Origin: Guillardia theta CCMP2712 | Taxonomy: Eukaryota; Protista; Cryptophyta | DNA length: 64,000 nucleotides | Reading direction: 5' to 3' | Assembly (NCBI RefSeq): GCF_000315625.1 | Contig: NW_005434648.1 | Coordinates: 534,974 to 598,973, forward strand | Shown here: one piece after another, positions 49,226 to 60,989 of the stretch | Position numbering within the stretch: position 1 is the first letter of the stretch | How the letters are laid out: each line of letters begins with the position of its first letter | The notes under the pieces: model-generated | What the model saw: the letters and a program-made list of their open reading frames with translations, nothing else | Told to the model about the DNA's origin: nothing | Databases searched by the model: none | Program-made: the position numbers and the translations under genes

Positions 49226-50543
49226 CTAACCTTTCTGATATGGTTTTTCATGAATCCATTTCACGGCTACCCACTTTTCACCCCTCACAGGCGGCAGAGC
49301 TGCATGGATTGTTTTCTGGCACAACAAATTCAGCAAGCGCACCTTCTACATCATAATTGAATATTTCACTGACCTTCTCAACGCAATCAGGGTCGGTGCC
49401 GGAGCAGTGCTCCTTCAAGTTGTAGAACATTAGAGCATCTCCGGGTTGAGCTGTCAACTTCAGTCCCAGCTCCGGGAAGTGTGTCTCCCCCCCTTCAAGC
49501 GCAGCCTTCATAGAGAACGTAAATGTCAAAGTCTCAGAGTTGCAAGCAACAGACTGCAATACCTCGAGGTAAACTATCACAGTGATGTATCGATTTCCCC
49601 CTTGTTCAAAGCTTTCTGGGGGATCCCGGGCAGGGTCGAAGTAGTCATAATGCTCTTGGAAGAATTGTGCTCCGTTGGAGTAATGGAGCACCTGTAGAGC
49701 ACATACGATTTAAGACCAGAAACACACAGGACAAGAGCTTTGCTCGAAGCCAGACCTGCAGGTTCTCTCCTTGTTGAGGGGTGGTCTTCGTGAGCTTTCC
49801 CAAGGTTTCTTCCAGTCGACGAACAACATCATCTTGCAGGAAGTCCAGCCATGCTCCATCATTGGTTCTCGTTGTACTCTCTACAAGTTTGTGCGTCCCA
49901 TAAGGCATGATCATCGTCTTGGAAAGGCCTTTGCGAAAGGCCAGGAGCATCAAATGCTCACATTCTTGCTTGGTCAACAAATTTCTGATCCTGAATACTC
50001 GCGGTGAAGCATTGATCTGCTCCAGATAGGGCAGGTTGGACTTAAGGGACTCAAGGCCTCTCAAAGAGGGTGGCTGATGGAATGAAGCATGAAGGGCATC
50101 ATCCGAAGAGGGATGAAACCTCGTCGAGGGTGGAGCGGGCTTGGAGAGAGTTTCTTGTGTCAGCTTGTTTGTCTGGGATTTGAGCAGAACCATGGAGAAT
50201 CCCACTGAGTACACAACCACCTGAGAACGAACAAGTAAGAAGATCTACTGACTCATGAGCTCACACTTCTCACAAATGAACCACAGATAAGACAAACCCC
50301 GCTGAACGGGGAATACTATTGCCAGGATTTCAGGACATCAAGAAGAGTTGAACTTACTATGAAGAAGAGGACAGAGAGGCACTGATGAGTCTTGACCTTC
50401 TGTGCTCTCCCCTTGACCGGTCTGATGTCGTCAAACGCCGTCACCTTGCTAGCTCGCAACATTTCTCTCTCGCTTCTCGTCGCCTCCTCCCTCCTTCTGA
50501 AATATCTCCACAAACTTTCCCCACCCCACCCCTCCATTTCCAT
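49226..50543 (-). CDS. Prolyl 4-hydroxylase (2OG-Fe(II) dioxygenase), multi-exon
   Basis: SPRVFRIRNLLTKQECEHL, GENLQVLHY, EHYDYFD (HxD), GGETHFP, IHAALPPVRGEKWVAVKWIH. Confidence 0.92.
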
Positions 50544-51143
50544 TTTTGATTATAGTGATGGGGGGTACTCGTGTGTCAGCGGCTCTTCGAGAAGGGGTTG
50601 GCGTGCTGGAGCAATGTGAGGGATTTTGCGATGAACAAAAGAAAAAACAGAAACTAAACAGCATATGCTCTACGGTCAAAGGAAGCCAAAGGGGTCCCTA
50701 GCGCATAGTACAATACGGATGATGATCCTATCACATAAAAATGATACTTTAAAAACTGTTGGATTCTCGTTACGCTGACTGTGTTCAAGCTGGCGTCTGA
50801 CGCCAACGTTGGCTGGGCTGACATGATGGTGCGGGCTGAAAGAGGGTCTTTTTTGCCTCTTTTACAGTTCAAAAAAAAATGGAATCAATAATGGCAGCGA
50901 CCAGCCGGATCTTAGTTAGCAGTATAGAACGATCAACATGCATGTGACGAAGTTGAGTAGAGCTTGAAGCACTGCTCGTCATGCTAAGGAGGTGCAGGAA
51001 TGCAGAAGAAGAGGAAAGCAATCTGGGGTAGCTCGATACGTTTCCAATGGCTGTTACATTCTTCATTAGATAGCAACACTGATATTCACAGCGATGGATG
51101 TAGACGACTGCTCATGATTGGTCTCGCAGGCTAGAATCTTCAT

Positions 51144-52922
51144 ATGGTCTCGTCATTGAAGAGATTTCGACAAGGAAATACAATCATATGGGTGATGGTC
51201 TTGTGCATTCCGTGCGTTTCAAGTTTTGCAAGTCTGAAAACGACCGGTCCTTCCGGAGCTGTGAGGGTGAGGAGGAAGCTAGTCAAGTCATTGTATTGCT
51301 TGCGTCCTAAGACGAGCCGAACCTCGATGTACATGGACCGTCTGAAAATGAACTCAGGAAACAATCAGGTTCTTCGAAATCCTGAGGGACATGAAGACAT
51401 TGACTCTCTTTCGAAGGAACCGGAGTCAATGAAGAGGCGGAATTTCATCGTCCTTTGCCATGACGTGATATGCTGCAATTCAAACAGAAGAGCAATGTGA
51501 CGGATGTTGTTGAGTGACTGCCCGCAGGTGAGCGAAGAGGTGAGCAGAGGAAGTTTCGCGCCAGACAACTTGCTTGAGGGGAGAGTCGACGTTCTTTGTC
51601 GATGCGTCACGTCTGCACTTTATGTCTCTAACAACCTTCGACGGTGCATGAAGGATCTGCTTCTTTAGCTCACTCATCAACATTGTTTGCAGCGACACCA
51701 GTATCTGGTTCTTGCTCAGTCCATGGGGATATAGCGTACAAGTTGATGGCGATGCGGTATAATCCGCAGTGCTGTTACGAATGAGAACGTTATGATGCCG
51801 GTGGGTTCAAGGTGTCTGGACTGAATCCGGACGAGAAAACTGTTTCCTTAATGTACTCCTGTGAAATTCAATTCTTATTCGTTTAATTGATGCTGAATAA
51901 TGATTCTTTGCTTTCACGCAGGCTCCAGGTTTACATAGTATACCTTCAAAGTTAAAGGGGATAATCTTTCTTCAGAGATGTTTGCAGGTTCAAGACTTTC
52001 AGGACTTCGAGGCCTTTGAGGCCTTCCATCTCAAGGTATGAATCAGTCCTGCTTACATTTCAATGATATACCGTCCCAGTTTTTGATGGACGATAATCAA
52101 TCACCTTCAATAAAAAGCGGACGACTTGCTAAGTCAAGCCGGTTCTGAGCATAATGTTCTTGCGTGCTATACTTGGAGTGATCTGGTTCTTCAGCAATCA
52201 ACAAGAAGCGGATGAGAGGAGGATCAAAAGTTGGTGCCTAGCGATGACTCTAATTGCTAAGGGCTTGCTTGTGATTGGAATGCACCACTGCAGGATTGAA
52301 GGGCATGATCAGAAAAGGAGTCACTGTGCATGAAGGAAAGGTATTCGCGCCGCCAGGTGAGCTGAAGAAAATTCAAACAGCATCACTTGAATCTATCATC
52401 CACATTCCTGAGCGATGAATGCTTATCATGGATGGAGCAGGGTTCACTTTTCATCGGGAGGACTCCCTGCTTGCCCGCATTGAAAGCTTGAGAGCGACGA
52501 CCAATGATGTCTATGTGCTTGTGAGTGCATCAGCAATGACATCTTGGATGAAGCTGATTTCTCCTCAGCAAGAAAATGGACGATTCGTGCGAGATCTTCT
52601 TGATAGCAAGTCGTCACTTTCTGGTACAAGTCAGGTTTGATACGACAACAAGGATAAACTTCTGGATAAAATTGTTTAACATCAGGGTTCTGGAGTGTTC
52701 ATCATAGGAGATCAAATCGGATTCAGCGCGGAAGAGGTTTGAACGCTTCATAATACACACAATACAGAAACTGGATGGCACAAGCTAACCCTTGTTGTGC
52801 TGCAGGAGAAGACTCTCAGCGGGGTTGAGGGGATAGAGAACATATCCGTGGGCCCGATATCCCTTCTTGCCAGTCAGTGCATCACCATTATCCATCACTA
52901 TCTAGATCTGATGAGCAAATGA
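51144..52922 (+). CDS. TrmY/DUF358-like SPOUT methyltransferase (tRNA pseudouridine-N1 methylase family), multi-exon
   Basis: RRNFIVLCH, GRVDVLCRCVTSALYVSNNLRR, C-terminal FIIGDQIGFS...ISVGPISLLASQCITIIHHYLD. Confidence 0.75.
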
Positions 52923-52933
52923 AATATATGTAG

Positions 52934-53850
52934 CTATCTTCTCTTCACAAGGGCTGCTCCCACAGCAAGAGCGACGCCAGCCGCTGCTGCAACTCCTCCT
53001 GAGAAGACAGCGAGGCCGATTGCTCCCTGCAAGATAACGATTGAAGATAACATCAGTTGTCTACCAAAGCTTCACATCTGCTGCTCACTTCTTTTCTTAG
53101 AACATGCTCGATGAGAGCCTTCAGGTCTAGCGCAGGTTTGTTATTTGGGTCGATCGCCAGAAGCTGTAGACAAGTCACAAAGTTCTTCGTATGGTTGATC
53201 ATCGATTATAGGAAACCAACCTGCTTAAGAGTATTTCGTGCGAGCATATACATCTCTAGGCGATATCTGCATATACTTACTTCCTGTGTGAAAAGGCGAG
53301 CAAAGCTTACTGGGCAACAGCAAGGTAATAAAGAGCCTCCCTTTGAAGAGATTTGATTTCTGCCAACTCTTGAAGAAGCTAGCCAACAACATTCTTCAGA
53401 AAAAATATTTCAGCATAGGTTGTTAATACCGTGATTCCTGTTCGAATCTCTTCATGGTCTTTCATGTAGATCAAACACCAGGCATAGGTGAACTTCTTGT
53501 TTTCCAGCTGAAACCACTGGTTTCAGCATCGCATTTTTGCATGTCTTGAAGTACGAGATACATGCCTCACACATTAAATCACGAAGCAAACTCGTGAAAG
53601 ACGAAATGAGAAAGTGACATCAAACAAGCTTCGCACCAACACAAATCTAACTGAATCGCCTATGACAACATGGGGTTTCCAAATATGTGACGAAGGCCGC
53701 ATGCGGCAGGGAAGGGGAGGACAAGGTCACCTCTTCTCCCGTCTCGAGAGCTGTGAAGTACGCAGCTCTCGCTCGTTGCAGCTCCTCCTTGGGCTCCATC
53801 TTTCCCTCCGCCTCCATCCTTTCTGCCGCTACCCGCCGGTCCCCTTCCAT
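52934..53850 (-). CDS. FIS1: Mitochondrial fission protein Fis1, multi-exon
   Basis: KFTYAWCLI, RTGITVL, LYYLAVA, LLAIDPNNKPALDLKALIE, C-terminal TM GAIGLAVFSGGVAAAAGVALAVGAALVKRR*. Confidence 0.85.
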
Positions 53851-53967
53851 GTTGTGTACGATTCGTAACGGTGCTGCAACGTATATAGATCTATAACGTA
53901 GATCCAACGGTCATGGGGAGGGTACGTAACGACTTTTTAACGTTTTTTCGAAATCGGTTGAGCAACA

Positions 53968-56900
53968 ATGGCGGCGGTAATGCAGCCGATCAGCAGCGTA
54001 AGTGACGCAAGAGGATGACACATGCTGTGTAGAATGATCGATGAGATGCCATGCCATACATGATAAGCTTCACATGCTACGTGCCTGATGCCTCATCGAT
54101 CACGCATTCTACTTCCCCTTGTTTACATCAACCCGTGAATTCAACTCGTTACCTCTTCAACCGATGGAATTCGAAGCAACCATTGAATGCGGAATTTACA
54201 GAAGGACAATGACGACGACATTTATGAAGGCTTCGACAACCCCATGACTTCAGCGGTAATGCAGATCTTCTTGAAATTGAGTGGTCTGACTTTCGTGAGC
54301 AGATGCAGTACATGAATTTCGAGTCGGCGCAAGGCGTGTCAGCTCCTATGCAAGCAGCATCGATTCTTCGGGCGCAAGAGAAACGTGATGACAACATGCC
54401 CTCAGCAACGGCATGTCTGAGAACAGACGATGACAGGTCTGGGTACATCGCGATTGGGGACTGCGGCTCAGCGACAAGGGACTGCTCGCATGGGGACGGC
54501 TATGAGAGGTGATCATCGAATGTTGTGGGTCTGCTGCTCACTTGCAAGCCAAGGCTATCAAGGAGGAGAAGAAGCCAGACCCATGACCTCGATCAGAGCT
54601 GCTGGTTACACTTCACAGGGAAAACCAGGGTCGGCAGGTTTCATTTTGTTCTTGTGTAGCGTGTATGAGACTGAAACAATCAAGGGATGAATGCGTTTGC
54701 GAGTGCCGGCGGAGGATCGGCTCCTCCTCTGGTGAACATCTTGGATGGTCATCATCGATTCATTGCTCACTTATCGGAACAGGAGAAGAAAGACGCTTCC
54801 TCGCCCGAGGACGAGGCAAGGGAGCTGGAGAAAAAGGTAATGAAATCCATCGTGTGCAAGCTCTGATCATGGAGGGAAGGTGAACAAGTTGTTAGAGGAC
54901 AGTGCAATAGCAAGGAGCGAGAACAAACTGCAGCTCGCCCTCGACCTGGTACGGAGCGATGGTGATGGGTAGTGTTGATTTTTGACGTTCATCAGGCCAA
55001 GGAAGCAGCTCGCAAAGAAAGGCAGTTGGGAAAACTGAGGGAGCAGAAACAGGTGAAGATGATGGCATTGATTTCGCAGCTGTTGAATGTCTTTCAGCTC
55101 ATGGATCAGATGAACATCGATCTTACATATGCGGTGAGTCGAATACCAGTCAAAGACCTGTAGGAGTCCAGCAGCATTGCTGATGTTGTACCGGCGTTTA
55201 GGTTTACTTCAACCTCGCTAGCCAGCTGGAAGCAAACGAATATTGGCCTGAAGCTCTCAACTCTTACTCTCTCATCGTCAAGAACAAGCAGTACGCGAAT
55301 GCAGGACGTCTGAGGATCAACATTGGCAACATCTACTTCAAGCAGCAGAAATATCCAGCAGCTATCAAGATGTATCGGATGGCTCTTGACCAGATCCCAC
55401 ACTCAGGAGAACACTTGCGGTTCAAGATCATGCGCAACATCGGCAATGCTTTTGTTAGGATGGGAAATTACCAGGTGGGATATGAGAGAAGAAACGTAGA
55501 CTTCAAGCTTCTCCTCACCGACTTGATAGGATGCGATCATGTCATATGAAGCCAGCATGGAGGGAAAACCAGATTTCCAGGTGAAACCTATCCGAAGCTG
55601 TTTCTGTAGGCAAAGTTCTCACGGTTGTTGGTTCTTCAGTCTGGCTTCAACCTCATCGTCTGTTACTTTGCCTTGGGAGACAGAGAAAAGATGAAGCGAA
55701 GCTTCGCAAAGCTGGTTTGTCTTGATGTTGTTGATGTCCGTGACTAACATTTTATCGAATAGCTTGACATCAAGGATTCCAACTTTGGTGAGGAGAATGA
55801 TGATGATGAGGCCAACGAAGACGAGGATGAGGACGGTAAACGAGGCCTGCTGCGATGCTAGTTGTTGATCAGTTTGTAGAAGCTGTGATGGAGGAGGATG
55901 AGCTGAAGAAAGCGCACAAGGAGTATCGATCAAAGGCGAAGCATCTTGTGCTGCAGGCAGCAAAGCTCATTGCTCCGAAGATCGAGAAAGACTTTGTCGC
56001 TGGGTTTGACTACATCATCGAGATGCTGCAGAAGAGCCATAACTACATGGACGTTGCGAGCGACATGCAGATCTCAAAAGCGATCTACTTCTTGAAGCAG
56101 AAGAATTCCAAAGACGCCAAAGACAGCCTCATCGCATTTGAAAAGCAAGACAACAACGAAATCGATGCCACGACCATGAGCAGAGCTTACACCAACCTCT
56201 GCTTCATCTACTTCCTGGAGGGAAACATCAAGGAGGCAGATAAGTACGGCACTAAAGCCATTCAGTCTGATAGATACAACGCCAAGGCCCTTGTAAACAA
56301 GGGCAACTGTGAGATGAACAAGGCCTACGCGTATGAGGAGAAGGAGAAGTACGACGAAGCGAGAGAGCACTTCACCATGGCCAAGGAGCTCTACATGGAG
56401 GGCATCGGGGTTGAGGCGGACTGCATAGAAGCGATCTTCAATTTGGGTCTCTGCTGCAAGAGCATGGCGCATCTCGAGCACATGCTTCAGAACGACTTGG
56501 ACTACCAGAAGAACATCCGGGCGGCCCTGCAGGCCTTCGAGAAGCTCTACTCCATCATGCCGGACTCCCCCGAGTGCAACTACAACATCGCAGTCATCTA
56601 CGACGAGCTGCAGAAGACTAAGAAAGCCTCCGTCGCATACCAGAGGCTCATCGCCCTGGTCCGCCCTCTTGTCCTCTCCCGCCCCCTCTTTCTACCCTAT
56701 CCTTGTCCTTCCTTCTCCTCGCCCCTTCCTCCTGCTTCCTCCCCCATCTTCCCTCTGCAGCGACTGACTCTGCCACCTGCAGGTCAAGACGGATGCTGGC
56801 GTGCTTGCTCGCTACGGCAGTCTGCTGGCGAGAGAGGACGACGAGGCGGCGGCGTACGAGAACCATCACGAGTCGTACAAGTTCTTCCCCGTCGACATGG

Positions 56901-57505
56901 AGGTCATCTCTTGGCTCGGCGCCTACTTTGTCAAGTCGGAGATGTACGAGAAGGCCATGGAGTACTTCCAGAAGGCCGCGCAGATTCAGCCCAAGGAGGT
57001 CAAGTGGCGGCTCATGGTGGCCTCCTGCTACCGGCGCATCGGCTCCTACCAGCTGGCGCTGAGGACATACGAGGAGATTGAGAAGTCTCATCCCGACAAC
57101 CTCGAGTGCCTGAACTACCTGGTGAGGCTCTGCAAGGAGCTGGGGATGAAGGACAAGAAGGAGGAGTACCAGAGCAAACTGGCCAGGGCCGAGCAGGAGC
57201 AGGCGAAGCTTGCGTCCATGAGAACGATGCAGGACGTGTCGAGCATGCATGCTCAGCAGGAGTTCAATGGAGGAGGAAGCCGTCGGGACGAGGGATATGT
57301 AGGCTACGGAGAATTCCATGCTCGAGCACCGGAGACAGACTCGCTGATGCAGCAGGGGCAGATGGACGCGGCTGCTGAGGTTGCTCGAGCCGTCGCGGAG
57401 CGGCAGGCGGCAGGAGGAGCCAAGAAGGTGATCAGCAAAGCCAAGAAGGAAGAGGACGACGACTGGGGCGACGAGGAGCTGGGAGAAGATCTGCTGCCGA
57501 TGTGA
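53968..57505 (+). CDS. IFT88: Intraflagellar transport protein 88, multi-exon
   Basis: DDDIYEGF, RPMTSIRAAGY, AGRLRINIGNIYFKQ...AIKMYRMALDQIP, DRYNAKALVNKGN, VKWRLMVASCYRRIG, DDWGDEELGEDLLPM*. Confidence 0.95.
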
Positions 57506-57535
57506 TTGAAAGTTTTTAACACCAAGAGGAATGGG

Positions 57536-60412
57536 TCAGCCCCGCATGCACACGAAGTGCAGCGGAAGGCAACCGCTCGAGCCCTTCCCGATGATCCTCC
57601 TCCCTTCCTCCATCTGCCCTTGCATGTCAGCTCCTCCCTCTCCCTCCTTCTCCCTCTCCCTCTCCTCTTCCTCCTTCTCCCTCTCCCTCTCCCTCTCCTC
57701 TCCCTTCTTCTCCCTCTCCCTCTCCTCTCCCTCCTTCTCCCTCTCCCTCTCCCTCTCCTTCTCTTCCTCCTTCCTGCATCTCCTCACCTTCACGGCTGCC
57801 TTCACCGTGAGAGGTGGACGAGACTCTTCGGGTGACGAGGGAGGGACGAAAAGATCCTGCGCAGCATGAGACAGGCAGAAGGGAGGAGGCAGCCTCGTGC
57901 CTGAAGACTGAGAGCTCCTTCCAGCGCTGAAACTCGTCCGCACTTGCCTCCTCTCTCCTCCAGCAGCAGCACAGCTCGGCATGACAGATCGACGTCGCAG
58001 AGTTTGACGCAAGAAGACAGCTCGAGCGAAGTTGCTGTTTCCCACCTCACCTGCAAGAGCGTCAGCCCTCGTGCCCGCGCTCTGCTGGGGAGGAACCGAG
58101 ATCCTCGTGCCCTCCGAGTTGACGTGCGACGTCTCCGAACCATCGGAAAAGGAGGAGCGACTGAGAGCAGCCCACATGTCGAACGATTCCACCATCATCC
58201 TCCCGTCCACCTCCACCGCCAAGCTCGACGAGCTGGGTGCTCCTGTCACCGAGAAGGAAACAGAGTCGAGAACCATGCTAGAAGTTCCCTCCTCCTCCTC
58301 CTCCCCTCTCCTCCCCTCCTGCTCCTCCAGGCTCTCTCCTGTCTCTGCCAAGATCGCCTCCATCTTGTACTGGCCGGGCTTGAGCCCGAAAACTCGGACA
58401 GTGCCAGAAGAGGACAGAGGAGCCTCAACGACGAGCTGACGTCCAGCTGAGATGAGGATGGAGGCCTGCATGCCCCACGGGAGGAAGGCTCCCCAGACCT
58501 GCACCTCCACCACCTGTTGCTGGGGGTGAGCTGGGAAGGAGCAAAAAGTTGTTTTCTCACATCAAGCAGAGCGTCTCCTCCTGCTGGTCGCCAGATGGAC
58601 AGGACAGGAGATGTGCCGCAGCAGAGGAAGAAGGGAGGAGGAGGAGTGACGTTGAGCAGAGAAGCGTCGATCATTCGCTGCTCGATCACAAACAAGCTAA
58701 CCTCCCAAGTCAGGGTCAGCTCGCCGAGCAAGACCCAGCTAGGACCCACCTGAAGTTTGACGTGTCATTGACATTGGGAGGGTTCCCAACTCCGGGAGGA
58801 ACGACGATCACAGCAGCCCGGCTCATGATGATCTGCTGGCTGTCAAGTTGCCGCTGCTGCCCCGCAAACTCCCACCTGCTCCACAACAGCTTCTCTTGCG
58901 GACTCATCCCACCTGTTCGAGGAGGGGAACCTCTTCGACCCCAGGCTCTCTTCTACGAACCTGGTGCAGAGTTGAGCAGGAGGAGGAGGAGGCCAGCAGC
59001 CAAGCACATCATATCTTGCTCGTTGCCACAGTTTGTAGCGAGGAAAATGCCCGACAAGTCGAAACCGGCGATGACGTCTTGAACGAAACCAACCTATGAG
59101 GGACGGAGAGTGAAGAGAGGGAGAGAAAGAGCGGAAGAGAGAGAGGAGGATGTTGAGAGGAAGCAAGTGACAAGGCAGGAGGAGGGAGGAACCATTCTCT
59201 CCGGTGCAGTGAGCGCGACATCAACGTGGCCATGGATGTGCATTTCTTGTCGATACGCGCGATCACCTCGTCGCCAATGGATGGCAAGATACTGACCTTC
59301 TTTAGTCCAAGGAACAAGGAGGAGGGAGAGAGGAAGGGAAAGAGGCAAGGAGGGAGGGAGGGATGGAGGGAGGGAGGAAGGGAGATTCATGTGATAGACA
59401 GGAAGGAGGAGAGAAAGAGGGGAGGAAACCTGTCCAAGTCCATTGGAAGGATTCAAACCTCCACTATCAAGATGAGACAGTCGCGTCAAGATTCAATCCA
59501 GCCAACGCATTGCAAAACTCACAAATGTGCAGCGATGAAGTCTTCTGCTCTACGAACGAGATCCTTTGCCCAACTGAACGCCTTTCGAATGTCCCACCGA
59601 ACCTACAACAATCAGAATCCGCTGGAAACTTGACCAGAGTGACTTACGTCGGACTGTCTCCAAGAGGGAAACCTCAACTCAACGAACTTGGCAGGCATGA
59701 ACTGAGCATGTTGTTATCCGACATGTCGCTCATGATTCACAGACCTGGATTGCAACAATCTCACCCTCAACCAGGAGATTGAGAAAATCGTCGATTGATG
59801 AAAACTAGACAAAAAGAATCAGTTTGAATGCACTTTACCCTGAATCCCATTCCATCCCTCTCTCCCTCCCTCCCTTCCTCCCTCCGGCCTCACCTGCCAA
59901 GGAGACAAGCACTCGACAGCAGAAACGGAGAATTTGTAGCCGTAGGAGGTCACGGAGGCAGCTTGTCGATCGCAAGCAGGCAGACCAGGTCCTTGAAAGC
60001 GCAGGAGGCGATCTACCCGCCCTCCAGCCCGTGAGTGAAAACCTCCGAGGGGTTCGATGTTGGACCCGAGGAGCTTCTGCAGAGGATCGAGGAGGAAGAA
60101 CGAGCTGAGCGGCTCCTGAACGAGGCCGAGAACTCCCTCATGTATGACTTCGTTCTTGGCCTGCTGGTTGTTGTTGGAGCTTTCGAACCAAGTCCAATTG
60201 CGCGCACCGAAGCTGTACTGAGGCTCCACCAGCACTCGCTCAGCCATGAGTGCGAGATAGACCAGCTCTTCCATCCTACGAGTCTGCATGTTGAAGAGAA
60301 CATCTGTGTTCGGATCTGGCGATGATTCTAAGGTGAGCAGGACAGGTCGCGGCTGCGCTTGTGCACAGAGTGCGCATAGGAGAAGCACGGTCTTCAAAGC
60401 GATGGAGCCCAT
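57536..60412 (-). CDS. Secretory GDP-fucose O-fucosyltransferase-like protein, multi-exon; 3' end approximate
   Basis: Signal peptide MGSIALKTVLLLCALCAQA; FNMQ...ERVLVEP; YLAIHWRRGD; VIEQRMI. Confidence 0.65.
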
Positions 60413-60434
60413 CACAGCACAAGATATTGCTCTC

Positions 60435-60859
60435 TTAGTCCTCGTGCACTGGAATCTGAGAGAACCTGTATCCTTCATATCCCCGGTATGCACAATAAGA
60501 AATGAAAGTGACGTAGGATCCGGGCAGGAAAGCAAGGGTGCCTAGGATAATGAATGTGAGCGCTTGCTCCTTCCAGCTTGTTTCTGGCCACCAGTACGCT
60601 GAAGGAGCACACGAGGGCATGAGGTTGAAACGTTAACGACAAGTCAAGGTCACCTGAATCAATGTGCCCAGTGCAGATAAGCACTCCTACGGTAAGCAGT
60701 GAGGCTCCGGTGAGGAAGAGGAAGAAGGCCAGGAAGATTGCCCTGGCAAGAGAGCTCATCCAGCAGCTCTACCCCATCGCTGCCTCTCTACCTGTATGGC
60801 GGCTCCTCCACTATGAGCTCCTCGCCATCGACGTACTCCACGAACCCCTGCCGCCTCAT
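60435..60859 (-). CDS. TMEM230/TMEM134-family small membrane protein
   Basis: AIFLAFFLFLTGASLLTVG...ILGTLAFLPGSYVTFISYCAYRGYEGYRFSQIP. Confidence 0.85.
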
Positions 60860-60989
60860 CCCGCCATCGATCGGACGAACTGTCGAAATGCCGAAATGCT
60901 GTCGGACGGATGCTGGGCTGCGCGGGGACGAGGTCAGAATCTGAGTGGGGATGAGGGCCATGAGGTGCAATGGCAAGAGCGCATCTAGC

